Shown here: positions 26,504 to 40,812 of the stretch, piece by piece
Numbering within the stretch: position 1 is the stretch's first letter
Layout: the number at the start of each line of letters is the position of its first letter
DNA from: Eledone cirrhosa
Taxonomy: Eukaryota
Direction: 5' to 3'
DNA length: 64,000 nt
Assembly (NCBI GenBank): GCA_964016885.1
Contig: OZ024741.1
Span: forward strand, 123,008,001-123,072,000
Made by a program: the position numbers and the translations under genes
The notes under the pieces: model-generated
What the model was told of the DNA's origin: nothing
Seen by the model: only the letters and a program-made list of their open reading frames with translations
Databases searched by the model: none

Positions 26504-27289
26504 GGGAGAGCTTAGAATGAAGGTAAAGGGAGGGAGATAAATGGATATATAGATGTGGAGGAATTTAATCAGTCAAACATAAATAGTATGTACAGAAATA
26601 TATGATTTAAAACAAAGAGTAACACTAGTTATATTCACCAACAATGTACTACAAATATTTCAAACAGTAGAATTAATTTCAATGTGCGGGAGGGAAGTGA
26701 ACACTAGTATATCATCTGTAATTTCGTATATGTAAGTGTGTTTGACATCCATCGGCTCCGAGAAAAAGTAATACCTATATTTGGACAATGAAATCCTGCT
26801 CTTGTTATTAACATTGAAATGACTAAACATTCCATAGGCCACCATAATGTAAAATCTTCGTATAATTAAGCTTGACAGTGTGTGACATGGTTAGACATTT
26901 CGAATAGTGGTATGAGTGGACAATCTACCTCACAGCCTTTCGATTGTGAACTGAACACCCTAACCACCAAGCCAGGCATTTCCACACTACGTCTCATATA
27001 TTTCTGAGTAGAATCACAGACTTTATAACCATTTTACAATAACAACATAGGTATAAATATTCGGAAAGGCATATACACGACACTTCCCATTTCCACTCAG
27101 ATAGTGAGATCAATAGTGTTAATCACAAATTGATCGATAATTCTGATTAAGAAACGCGGATAATAAATATTTGATGTTTGACTCAATTAGTCACATCACA
27201 GTGGCCGAAACCAAATAGAAAATGATTGATCTACCATTTAGAGAAACTGTACAGTGTACTTACAAATATAGAAAAGCATACAAATATGT

Positions 27290-27692
<403 letters not shown>

Positions 27693-29133
27693 GTCTGGCC
27701 ATTAATAAGAAACATCTTTTTGTATACACACACACATACCCAAACACAGAAACATACACAAACATATACAAATAAACCCTCACACACACATATACATATG
27801 CATATAGCAAAGAAAATGTCAGTGATACGAAAAGATTTCCTTGTGGAAGTTCAGGTAAACACTTGGTGTATATCCAGTCTCCCCTTTACCTTTTGCATAC
27901 ATATAAATAAATACATATATAAAGGTTTTTACGAACACCAACAGTTTGTAATACATGACTTATAGTTACATTCATTTGATCCTGATGTATAACGAATCGA
28001 AGGCATTTTCTTCAGGTTGTGTTACACTTTCTATGTGGGTTATACGATAGTATATATGATAGAAATATTATTGGTTCCGAACATGAATATTTATTTTTAG
28101 ATGATCGAAATGTCTCTCTCGTTGCGTTGTTGGATAAGTGGCTGAGTATTCCACAAATACGTAAACACAAATATTGTGCAGTATAACTATGGTGGTATAT
28201 TTGAATTACAATTAAAATCTACCTAAAAGGGTTTGAAATAGTTTCAATCTAACCAATATTCCTCACAAATATTGATTATCTTGTTATTATGGTCAATGTT
28301 ACTTGTGCTAGATTCCATAAAGTAGAATCCACTCCGAACTTCATGATTGCGAATACATTTCTTAACAACAGTGTCATGCCTGAGCAGAAGTTTTCCAGTG
28401 AATAATTACTGAATAATTCTGTAAATAGGTTTCCATGAGTCATGTTTTATTCTTTCTGTATATCTGTAAAATGAGTTTAATGATGCATCTTGAATAGACT
28501 ATATAGAATAGTTTCGTCTCCAGTTATCTTCAGATAGGAAACGTATAGGGAGAGCTTGGCCCCAGGAGAAACATGTCGTATTTTATTCGAAATATCCTAT
28601 TTTGAACGTTGAAACCCCAGGCCGAATAGAACCAGGCATGTGAGTCAGGCCACTGTCATCCAGTAAGGTTACATTATCTGAAACATGCTTCTTAAAGAGA
28701 GATTTGTGTATCTACGTAACAATAAATAAACTAATCTCATATTATGAATGTTTTCTTAAAATATATTTTTAGTGAAGTATGCAGTATCTAGAAATTCTTA
28801 TCAGAAAGGATTACTTATAGATAGATATAAATCTACATCAAGAAATTATGATCGTCAGATAAATGGTTTATTGTTAAACTAAATGCGTTATAGATAAAAA
28901 AAATTCTAGTTATATAGCCGAATATGAAAGCCATTAAATTAGCATTAGTTGCTTGTATATGGAGAAACAAAAATGACAATATTGTTTTGAAAAGGAATGA
29001 AATTGTGTATCGCTCATGATTTTCTCAAAGATATTATTAATTTAAGTGATGTTGTGTGTCTTACAAATGGATATCGAAATCAAATACACGGCACTGGGAG
29101 AATTTTTCTAGCCTCAATAAAATGCATTGTACA

Positions 29134-29191
<58 letters not shown>

Positions 29192-29499
29192 TGTATATAT
29201 ATATATACATACACACATACACACATACACGCACACACACACACATACACACACACACCCACACACATATATATATATATATATATACGTGTGTGTGTGT
29301 GTGTGTTTGTTTGTTTTTACATGCGTGTTTATATGTATGTATATGACAAATTCATCGTACAACTATCACAATTTTACATAGATAAAAAATACACAGAATT
29401 CCATTGATGGGATAAGATAAATATATTTACGAAATATTGTTCAAATTATATACAAAACACACACATACGCACGCATGCACGCACACACAAAGACGCACG

Positions 29500-29594
<95 letters not shown>

Positions 29595-30338
29595 ACACAC
29601 ATATATATATATTTGATAGCTGCAACTTGATTTCGAGTAATGCCATCGCTTGATACTTAACCATAGTATCATGTGCGTGGCTCTTTAGATTTGCTAGGGA
29701 CTTGCCTGTGGCCAGCCATGCCATGCATCACAAGAAATGTCATATATCAAGGTACCTGTGCTTGAGGCTTTTTTTTAAGTGAAGAAATGCTTTGCACGGG
29801 GCCAATCCCACTCTGTGAACATCGAATTCATTTACAGAAAAGGTAGAACTGGTCTACATCATTGGATGCAAAAGTCGCAGGTTTATATCTGAGTAACCAT
29901 CTATTATGGATATACCTTAACGAAGACTATGAGTCTCTCACTCCCTCCCCCCCCAAAAAAAAATCTTTAATGGATGTCTGTTGACTTCTCCTGAGTTCCT
30001 CCGCCCTTTGACGGGCCTTATTTTCCTTCCCGGAGGGTGTCTAAATTCACCTTCCTCATGCTTGGATAGTCTCATCACACATGGCATCACGCTTAATCAT
30101 CACGAGTATTCCGTTAAGGGCACAGGTGTCTGTGGAATGTTCAACCATTTAGATAATAATTTGATGAACGCGATGTTTCGTTGATCGAACAGTAATACTC
30201 ATCGTAGAAACCGACGGAGTCCCATATATGTACATCTGTAACATAAAACTTCGACAACGTCAATAATACAAAGATAAGAATTAGATAAAAACATGCAGAC
30301 ATGATATATATATATATATATGTAAGAATATTTTCGAA

Positions 30339-30378
<40 letters not shown>

Positions 30379-30512
30379 TTGAAAAATGACTTCTCTTGTA
30401 GTTCTAAATAATTTGATTTAATATTATAATATTATAATATTATGAGTTGGAGCCATTCTTTTCCTTTTTTTCAAATACACTTAACTATACCAATGATCTC
30501 ATACATTTTCAA

Positions 30513-30612
<100 letters not shown>

Positions 30613-30710
30613 TTGAAATTTCCGTTGGAAACAGAAAAGGTCATAGAAATGAAGAGTGCTCTATGTAAGTATCAGAGCAAAATTTAATGTATAAAAATCA
30701 ATACAATATA

Positions 30711-30788
30711 ATTACCTTATTACCAGAGGTTTCCCGAATGAGGCGAATACGAAATAAACGACTTCATTCGTTCGTCAGACGAGGCAAT
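30711..30788 (-). ncRNA. Type I hammerhead ribozyme
   Basis: attgcctcgt CTGACGA [acgaatga...tcattcgg] GAAA cctctgg TA ataaggtaat. Confidence 0.8.
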
Positions 30789-31346
30789 ATAAAACATGGG
30801 TAAATACTTAGAAAAACTCATCAAGAAAATCAAAAAAAGATATAGACAAATTTAAATACAAATTGAAATATATAAAAATCTATCAAGAAATATAGTTAGG
30901 TGTGTATATATGTATGTATATACGCTCACAGATGTGCATATATGTATATGCACACATGTGTACGTATAGTGAGAAAGTGTGCGTATTTCTAAAATTTAGG
31001 GCAAATGTATCTATATGTCTGGTAATCTACAGACAGAATAGTTACATCATAAATATATGATTATGAAGGCGCGCGCATAAAACGCCTGCACACTCGTACA
31101 CTTAGATGCGGAAAGAAAGGAGGTAAGGGAGTGTAATAATTAAAAGAAAAGTATCAGTCTCGATATAATTATAAAAATATAATAACGATAAATTAGAAAG
31201 AAAAAATATCTTTAGAAAGAAAAAATTAAAGAAAAGAAGACAAAAAAAGGGTACATACATACACAGACACGCATGTCTCACAAAAGAAATGTAAAAATGT
31301 ATATGCTTATATACACACGCGCACTTACACATCCATACGTTCGATA

Positions 31347-31387
<41 letters not shown>

Positions 31388-31762
31388 TTATACTCACGCA
31401 TATAAACCTGTTTGCATGCACACGCATAAAACTGAGTAAGTAAAAAAAAGTAAGTAAAAAAAGGAAAGGGGGGGGGAGAAGAAAAAAGGAACAAAACATA
31501 AAACCGAGATATCAAAAACACGGATATAAAGACACGTACACATACGCATAATATATACATACACACACACACATATACACACACATATATATATATATAT
31601 ATGTATATATATAAATATATACATACACGCACGCGCGCGCACATACGTAGTCACTCATGTACATATATAAAAGTATACACACATTAAGGCGTTCAGCCAT
31701 ATTGATACAGGGTGTAAAAAACTTGTGGATAAATAAGTACAAATATAAAATTTATTTGTCGC

Positions 31763-32083
31763 ATGTCACATGTCGCATCCTTTCGACATCCAGAAAAAAG
31801 ATTTACAACAGCTCTGGCTAGCAGAATTTGGGATTTGAAAGACCAAAGCATCCAATATAAACTAGATTGGTCAATTTTGAACCAATCTAAAAAATATGCT
31901 AGAGGAACAAGAAAATGCACGCTCTGCATAAATGAAACATTTTGGATATTGCAAAATCTAAAATCACCAAAGACCTGCCTGAGCACAAAGACGGAAATTT
32001 TCACCAGTTGCCCACACATGAAATCACACCTGCTTTCCAGCTCATATAAACTTAACACACTTTCAGATACTTATCCTCCATAA
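31763..32083 (+). pseudogene. C-terminal fragment of PLE GIY-YIG endonuclease
   Basis: HVASFRHPEKRFTTALASRIWDLK...WSIL...CTLCINE...CPH. Confidence 0.85.
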
Positions 32084-32484
32084 ACTCTTATTATTCTCTT
32101 TTTAATTACCCTTTCTGACTTACTTTCATTTTTATCCTTGTCAATAATTTCATTTATTTTTACTTTTATTTTTACTTCACATCCCCCCCCCCCCTTTATT
32201 CTCCGATTCACTTTCCACTTTTTACTTTCCCTTCTTTTACTTCCCTTTTTCCTCCACTAACTGATTACACTTGTCTTTTGTGTTTTTCATTCCAGATATA
32301 TTTTTCATTTTCATTTTTATTTTTATTTTTATTTTATTTTTGCGCAGCCTATCTTACAATTTTATATTTGTACTTATTTATCCACAAGTTTTTTACACCC
32401 TGTATCAATATGGCTGAACGCCTTAATGTGTGTATACTTTTATATATGTACATGAGTGACTACGTATGTGCGCGCGCGTGCGTG

Positions 32485-32537
<53 letters not shown>

Positions 32538-33304
32538 GTGTGTGTGTGTGTATGTGTGTGTGTGTGTGTATGTATGTATATATTATGCGTATGTGTACGT
32601 GTCTTTATATCCGTGTTTTTGATATCTCGGTTTTATGTTTTGTTCCTTTTTCTTCTCCCCCCCCCCCTTTCCTTTTTTTACTTACTCAGTTTTATGCGTG
32701 TGCATGCAAACAGGTTTATATGCGTGAGTATAAGTATGTGTGTGTGTGTGTGTGTGTGTATGTACGTATCGAACGTATGGATGTGTAAGTGCGCGTGTGT
32801 ATATAAGCATATATATTTTTACATTTCTTTTGTGAGACATGCGTGTCTGTGTATGTATGTACCTTTTTTTGTCTTCTTTTCTTTAATATTTTTTCTTTCT
32901 AATTTATCGTTATTATATTTTTATAATTATATCGAGACTGATACTTTTCTTTTAATTATTACACTCCCTTACCTCCTTTCTTTCCGCATCTAAGTGTACG
33001 AGTGTGCAGGCGTTTTATGCGCGCGCCTTCATATTCATATATTTATGATGTAACTATTCTGTCTGTAGATTACAGACATATAGATACATTTGCCCTAAAT
33101 TTTAGAATTACGCACACTTTCTCACTATACGTATACATGTGTGCATATACATATATGCACATCTGTGAGCGTATATACATACATATATACACACCTAACT
33201 ATATTTCTTGATAGATTTTTATATATTTCAATTTCTATTTCATTTGTCTATATCTTTTTTTGATTTTCTTGATGAGTTTTTGTAAGTATTTACCCATGTT
33301 TTAT

Positions 33305-33365
33305 ATTGCCTCGTCTGACGAACGGATGAAGTCGTTTATCGGGAAACCTCTGGTAATGAGGTAAT
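33305..33365 (+). ncRNA. Type I hammerhead ribozyme (shortened stem II)
   Basis: attgcctcgt CTGACGA acggatgaagtcgtttatcgg GAAA cctctgg TA atgaggtaat; 10-bp stem I including G-U pairs. Confidence 0.8.
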
Positions 33366-33397
33366 TATATTGTATTGATTTTTATACATTATATATA

Positions 33398-33680
33398 CGT
33401 TATTCCGGGTTGAATCGGAGGTAACCATAGTAAGTAAGGTACTCAATACATAACAGAGTATAAAAGTTTTAATATAGATGAGATTCTACAGGACTAGAAC
33501 TGTTTCATTCATTAGAAATCATCAGGAATCTGGGTATCAAAAAATAAAAATGGTATTTATAGGTCTCTACCACTTGTAGAGACCTATAAATACCATTTTT
33601 ATTTTTTGATACCCAGATTCCTGATGATTTCTAATGAATGAAACAGTTCTAGTCCTGTAGAATCTCATCTATATTAATAC
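33398..33680. mobile_element. Palindromic hammerhead-bearing mini-element
   Basis: Essentially perfect ~100-bp arms centred at about 33573, flanked by TA repeats. Confidence 0.8.
33615..33665 (+). ncRNA. Type I hammerhead ribozyme (mirror copy on the minus strand at 33481-33531)
   Basis: agattc CTGATGA tttc taat gaat GAAA cag ttctagtc ctg TA gaatct; perfect 6-bp stem I, GUA cleavage triplet. Confidence 0.85.
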
Positions 33681-33747
<67 letters not shown>

Positions 33748-33749
<2 letters not shown>

Positions 33750-34017
33750 GAAAAAGTATGACCCCGACGGCAGAGCTCAAGCCGCTTCTTATCTTTGTAT
33801 TATTGACGTTGTCGAAGTTTTATGTTACAGATGTAAATATATGGGACTCCGTCGGTTTCTACGATGAGTATTTCTGGACGTCCAGAAATAGCCGTCGAAA
33901 CGGCTTGAGCTCTGCCGTCAGGGTCATCATTTTTCCTATTACCCACTCTACTACCGTAAGTATTGAGTACTCTGGTGCGTTCTGGTCCATCTGGTTCCTT
34001 ACCACATTTCCTTCGTT
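33748..34017 (+). mobile_element. Small element between (TA)n tracts with a 5' inverted segment and a hammerhead-like fold with atypical core
   Basis: 33748-33789 is inverted relative to 33897-33937. The body is homologous (reverse complement) to 30195-30280. Confidence 0.6.
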
Positions 34018-34077
34018 ATATATATATATATATATATATATACACGTGCGCGCACACACATACACACACACATACAC

Positions 34078-34108
<31 letters not shown>

Positions 34109-34129
34109 CATACATAAAGTATATGTAAG

Positions 34130-34462
34130 GATAAAGATCACTTTCCGCAATGAATGACCAACGGATTGGCACCAAGAAATTTCCTTCCGAGGCACAAACT
34201 CAGGTAAGGTGGTTTTGTAGAAGTCAAGCAGTCTCCCATCCATACCAGCCTCCCCTCAACGCCACCAAAGATCTCCAAGCGAAAAGGACATGCGAATATA
34301 TCTTGGCACCAATAATATCGCAAGTCGTTCTAGAACCCAATGAAATGGAACAATGGGAAATAAAGTGTCATGCTCTAGGATGCAACACATCTCCCAATCC
34401 GTGAATCGAGCACATAAACACGATTGTTAATCCAACTCTAACTATACACTACCGCACGCCTT
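34130..34462 (-). mobile_element. Degenerate tRNA-derived SINE
   Basis: gtgtcatgctctaggatgcaacac resembles the common SINE core gtgtcttgcccaaggacacaac, with a head-like end at about 34460. Recognised from memory only. Confidence 0.4.
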
Positions 34463-34938
34463 AAATATATATGTATATATTTAATGTGTTTTGATTACAT
34501 AACTGATACATATAAATCACGCCTTTTTATCAGGAAACAAACAAACCAGTAATGACAACGCTCCCAAACTTAATATAAATAACAGGAAAAAAGTAAATCA
34601 ATAGAAATGTCATCAACAACAACTGTTTAATATTCTTTTCGTTATCTTTTAATTTAGTCTGTAATGTATTTACTATAGTCAGCATTTTCGTTTTGTCATG
34701 TAAACAGTCACGAAATTGCTTCACTAGACATTGCAATTTCTATCAAAATGTTTGAAATATTTGGCTTAAATTCAGCATTGTGGAACACTGTTACTTCTGT
34801 TTCTATTTCTCTTCATCGTTCTCTCACTCTCTCTCTCTCTATATATATATCTCCCCTCTCTCTCCCCTCTCTCTCTCCCTTCTCTCACTTTCACGGTTAC
34901 TCACTTTCAGTATTTATTTCTACCTTCTTATATACACG

Positions 34939-34998
<60 letters not shown>

Positions 34999-35031
34999 CC
35001 TAGCTAGCTAGCTAGCTAGCTATCTATCAAC

Positions 35032-35094
<63 letters not shown>

Positions 35095-35218
35095 GTAGGA
35101 GGTGAGTTTTATTGTAGCACAATAATGCAATGCAAATATCGGATAAGTAGCACTCTACAGTTTGTCGGACTGGAGTATAAATAATATAAGATCAAAAGAT
35201 GGTTAAAAGTGTTCCAAT

Positions 35219-35289
35219 TATTTTATTATGCGCATTTCAAAAACAAATATCATCATGGGATGATATCTGCGTTTTCATCAGATAAAATA
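35219..35289 (-). ncRNA. Type I hammerhead ribozyme in the Naiad pLTR
   Basis: Mirror copy of 40742-40812. Confidence 0.82.
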
Positions 35290-35489
35290 GGGATACATTA
35301 TATGAAGCTTAAAAAACACTTGTAAATAGTGAAGTTTTAAATCAACATATGAAAAATAATTTAAGATTGATGTATCCGATTGGGAAAAAGTGAGGGGGTT
35401 GGGTGGAAAAGGTAAAGAAGAGGAGGAGATGAGAGTAAAGAATGGTTGGGGAGGAGTATAAGAAGGAATGATGAGAGAGGAGGAGAGAT

Positions 35490-35564
<75 letters not shown>

Positions 35565-36515
35565 CCTTTACAACTGAGAAAAAAAATATTGTCTTACAGA
35601 GAGAAGTTAAAAAGCCATTGGAAGATAATAGATAATTTAAAAACATTTGAAATTATAAGTTAATGAGGTTTATGCATGAAGAGAAAAAGGGATTAAGAAT
35701 AATATTAAATTAAGGTTTGTATATTGAAGGGTTTAATAATATGTGCGAGGAAAAGAAATTATTAATATGTATTATTAAAATTAAAATATTAATGTTATTA
35801 AGGATATAATGTGAAAAGAAGTAGAAAAAATGAATGAGTTGTGAATTTAGAGGAATTAGTTAGTGTTTAAGTTTGTTTTTATGTAATATAATATGTGTGC
35901 GTAATATAGTACGTAAATAGTTTGTTTAAAAATGAGCGTAGAAAGCAAAGAAGAAAATAATGTTTAAGGAAGAAAATATCTAACACCAAAAAATATATAT
36001 GTGTTTACGAAATATTTTCTAATGGTAATAATATAATATATTAAAAGAAATTCGTTAGGGTTTAAGTTTGTTTTTATGTATTGTAATATGTAAAAGTCAA
36101 ACGAGCATGAAAGGAAGAGATAAGGAATTTAAAGAAGACAATTCTAACGTAAAAAAAAAATGTTTATGTTTACGAAGGACTATTAAGGTAATACTATAAT
36201 GTATTAAAAAAATAATATTAATTTAATATTAATTTTTATGGCCAATGATATGAAGAAAGAAGGAAAATGGATAATATTGTGGTAAGTAATAATAAGAATT
36301 GAGTAGTTAGGAAGAAAAAGTACAGATTAGAGGTTAGAAATTAAAAAAAAAAGAGGAAGAAAGGAAAGTGATAAAGAGGAATGATATAGAATGAGTAACT
36401 TGTATTATATAATATTTAATAAATAATATTTAAATAAGGTAGAATGATGGGTATATTTTTAAAAGATATATAAGCCTTTGAGAAAAAGGATTTTAAACTA
36501 GTAAGGTATTAGATA

Positions 36516-38875
36516 TTAGCTGTATACTTTATGGAATGTTCTGTGGAAGTTATGCAAGCAGAGAGAAAATAAATCAGTACGTCTATTTATTATAGAATTG
36601 AAATTAGATATAATGGTAAATTTCTCAGTTAGGCAAATATTGCATGTTCTGTATATGGAGGCATTCAAGTAGGGAGAGGCAGAACAAACGTTTCTCCAAG
36701 GGATGTTATAGTTAATATCTTTGTCTTTCAAGGACTATATGAGTTCTGAGAGTGCCGTGTTAGTTCTTTTAAGTTGGTATTTAAAAGAAGAATTGTGATT
36801 ATAAAATATAGCTTTGAAGGAGGTGGAAGTGAAACTGAAATAGGTAAAGGAATTGGTATCAGTTATAACCTTACATTTATAGACTGAGTTTTTATCAAGA
36901 CAATGGTTATTGAGAGGACATTTAGTTCTAACAGGGCAATTACAATTGCGATTAGAGAAATTAACAGAGTTATTAACAAGTGACCTAGTGTTATTTATAG
37001 GAGGAATTGGATTGGGGAAGTTATTTACGATAGGAATAATAGTTTTCTGATTTAGATTGGTATTATGAACATTCAACGAAGTTACGTTTTACGTCGTATT
37101 TGAGTTTGCAGAATCTAGCCTAGAGTTAACAATGACGTCGGGAGTACTACTACTATTAATATTTTAGTGTTGTGTTTAGAGATAATGTTAGAGATGTTGG
37201 AGGAGGTGGAATAGGAAAATGTTATTGTATGTTTGTTAAAGATTTTACTATAGATATGTGAGGGAGGGAAGCATTTATCTAAGGCCCTAAACAATAGTTT
37301 AGGAATATTATTATTAATAGAAATAGAGAAAGGAGCATTATACCAGATTATATTTTTGTATCTAGGTCTTTTATTTAAGTTATTGGAATGATCATAATTA
37401 ATTATTTTACTGTAAGACCTTCTAGGATTGGTTTCTTTACTGTATTTAATTTTATCAGGATAACCGGCTTTAGAAAGCGCATTATTGGCGTTAGCATCAA
37501 AGAAATTTTGTATTAGAGGATAGGTTTGATATTCTTTTTCCAATATTACTGACTATAGCAATTTTAATGTTAGTAGGGTGGTTAGATTTAAAATTAATAT
37601 AATTTAGATTCTCATTGTTTTTATGGTAAGCGTAATATAGGCCAGTGTCAAGATTAAGGGATATATCCAAGAAGTTAGCTCGTTTGACGTTGTTATCAAA
37701 TTCGATTTTAAGGTTATGTTGCTTAAAGAGATCACGTATATTGTTCTTAATAATATTAAGGTTAACTAAATTGCAATTTAAGATAGTAAAAATCCATCGT
37801 CACGATAAATTCCACCGCGAAGTTGAGTAATTTTCCGATTTAAAGAAGTCAAAATAAAAATACCAGTCAAATCAGTCAATTGCGATGAATCGGAAGCACC
37901 CATTGTGATATCAAAGTTGTTGGAAGTATCGGCTCTAGTCCAATATTCATTGCTGAATTCTAAGATGGTTTTTCTTGCGGTGAGAATGATGTGAAGTTCA
38001 TCTGTGGTGATGTCAGAATATTTAAAGGCGAAAGATAGAACATTGTTGAGAAGTGAAGGCGAAATAGAAGAATAGTAGCTGGCAATATCAAATTGAATAC
38101 ACTTTTGTTTGTTTTTCTTATTCAGGTTGTTGAACCAGCCAATTACTTCAGATGTACCAAACCATAAATTTAAGTTAGAAATAGAGCAATTAGAACGAAC
38201 CTGTGGGATAATTCTATCCAAGATGACTTTACTAACAAACCGCAGATCTGATTTAGAGGGGGCGATTACTCTAACAGGTAGTTCCGTTCGAAAATTACAT
38301 TTATGATCCTTGAGATTTATCCTCGGAGTTCTTGGGAGGAATGCTTCGGTCTTTTTTTCAATGCCAAGTTTTGACATAATCTCAGAAGCTTCAAAGTTTA
38401 TAGATTCCAAATTGTCATGGTTAGTTTTACGATAGTTCTTCCTTAGTTCCTTAAGGATAAGGTTATTATAGTTATCCCTAGATATACCATATAAATTATT
38501 AGTTTTGTCGGAGTGGACTAAGACATCTTTAGAGGAATTAAGGTTTAAAATCGTATTCCTAAGATGTACAAGGTGCTCTTGTCCTCTGTAAGGGTTTCTC
38601 TTGAATTTAAGATTTCTTATAATATTAGTTAATTCTTCCTCAAACTGCTCTAGATTTTTGTTGGAAGGAGGATTTCTTCTAGAGTTAAATAAATGATCAA
38701 GAAAGTTATGTTCCTTAGTATAGAAATTTCCTTTTTGGCGCTGGTCGTGGAAAAAAGCTATCCATCTAAGCCTTCTCATAAAGGAGTCAGTTTTTTCAAT
38801 CAGAAGTGTGGTGAATTCAGATTTACCAGGTATAGGAATGTCATTAGTTGAAGTGGTTATGTTGTAATAATCCAT
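36516..38875 (-). pseudogene. Naiad-type PLE polyprotein (RT + C-terminal GIY-YIG), frameshifted
   Basis: N-terminus DIPIP...IEKTDSFMRRLRWIAFF; DKT motif (HSDKTNNLY); QFDIASYYSSI; FDITMGA; YRDDG; IIWYNAPFS; CNCPVRTKCPLNNHCL; CNICLTEK. Confidence 0.92.
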
Positions 38876-39245
38876 GTTCTAGAAGAAAAATTAAAGACAA
38901 TCAAAAGGTATCCGATATGAGGGTTAGCGCTCAAACAGTTAAGGAGCAAGTTAATGTAGGAGGGGATTTTTATTGTAGTTTTATTGTTAGATTTTTCTTC
39001 CTTAAATTCTTTATCTCTTCCTGTCATGCTCGTTTGACTTTTACATATTACAATACATAAAAACAAACTTAAACCCTAACTAATTTATTTTAATATATTA
39101 TATTATTACCATTAGAAAATATTTCGTAAACATATATATATATTTTGATGTTAGATATTTTCTTCCTTAAACATTCTTTTCTTCTTTGCTTTCTGCGCTC
39201 ATTTTTAAACAAACTATTTACGTACTATATTACGCACACATATTA

Positions 39246-40197
39246 TCTATATATATAAAACTGAGGTTGTCTGTCTGTCTATCGATTTTTGGCACACATC
39301 TCCTCTTAGAATCTCTCACGGAATTGCACCGAAATTGCTATACTTGTACATTGAGCCCTAGCGAAGACATCGGAAAAAAAATATTTCAAATTGACTCGCC
39401 CTATCTGACGAAATCGAATATAATGTATCGATTTTTGAGCGTAAGTGATCAGTTATTTCCCTTTGTTCTGTTTACATTGAGCGTCTGCGTGCAAAAATTA
39501 AAAAAATTACGCTGGCTTTCTCAGCGTTTAAAATGACATTAACACAATACACAATACACGTTTTGCTTCATTTCCATTTAAAAGCCTTTTAAAACAATAT
39601 TTTTACTTGAAAACAAGTCTATTTAAAGACTACGTAAAACAAGCAAATATTTCGTAAAAAAAAGCAAAAATTATATAAGTTTATTTAAAATATATGTATC
39701 TGTAAATTTCGTTAGGCGTGCAGACAGACAGTCGTGCAGACAGAGTCGTGCAGAGAGGTGATATACGCGTGCAGACAGATAGTCGTGCAGAGAGGTGATA
39801 TACGCGTGCAGACAGACAGTCGTGCAGAGAGGTGATATAGGCGTGCAGACAAACAGTCGTGCAGAGAGGTGATATAGGCGTGCAGACAGACATAACTGAT
39901 AATTTGGTTACGCTAATGTTTTTCTCTGCGTTGCAGTGTTTACATTTTCGATCTTTGTTAATAAATAACCAGTGCAGTTTTTATCCCCAGCATCCTCTTT
40001 TGTTATAACATTCGGGTTATCGTTATGTTTTCTTAACTTCATAAGGCATATTGTTGGTTGAGGGAATATTAATCAAAAACACCACATGCAAGTCTGCACA
40101 GTAAACACTACAGTTTTTAAGCCCAAAAAGAAACTTAACATTGTAACTTTAACACAGCTACTGAGCGACCCCGAGCAACGCCGGGCTTTACTGCTAG
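39246..40197 (+). mobile_element. Non-autonomous Helitron, complete (952 bp)
   Basis: Inserted between A and T with no TSD (empty site visible in the inverted copy at about 35870-35900). 5'-TC, 3'-CTAG, subterminal hairpin cccgagcaacgccggg. Confidence 0.95.
39715..39892. repeat. ~37-bp minisatellite inside the Helitron
   Basis: Unit gtgcagacagacagtcgtgcagagaggtgatatacgc, about 4.5 copies. Confidence 0.9.
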
Positions 40198-40741
40198 TAT
40201 TACATAAAAACAAACTTAAACACTAACTAATTCCTCTAAATTCACAACTCATTCATTTTTTCTACTTCTTTTCACATTATATCCGTAATAACATTAATAT
40301 TTTAATTTTAATAATACATATTAATAATTTCTTTTCCTCGCACATATTATTAAACCCTTCAATATACAAACCTTAATTTAATATTATTCTTAATCCCTTT
40401 TTCTCTTCATGCATAAACCTCATTAACTTATAATTTCAAATGCTTTTAAATTATCTATTATCTTCCAATGGCTTTTTAACTTCTCTCTGTGAGACAATAT
40501 ATATTTTTTTCTCAGTTGTAAAGGCTATCTCTCTCTCTCTATCACCCATATCTCCTCCTCTCTCATCCTTCCTTCTTATACTCCTCCCCACCATTCTTTA
40601 CTCTCATCTCCTCTTCTTCTTTACCTTTTCCACCCCCTCACTTTTTCCCAATCTCATACATCAATCTCAAATTATTTTTCATATATTGATTTAAAACTTC
40701 ACTATTCACAAGTGTTTTTTAAGCTTCATATAATGTATCCC

Positions 40742-40812
40742 TATTTTATCTGATGAAAACGCAGATATCATCCCATGATGATATTTGTTTTTGAAATGCG
40801 CATAATAAAATA
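40742..40812 (+). ncRNA. Type I hammerhead ribozyme in the inverted pLTR
   Basis: tattttat CTGATGA aaacgcagatatcat...gatatttgttttt GAAA tgcgca TA ataaaata; 8-bp stem I, palindromic stem III. Confidence 0.85.
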
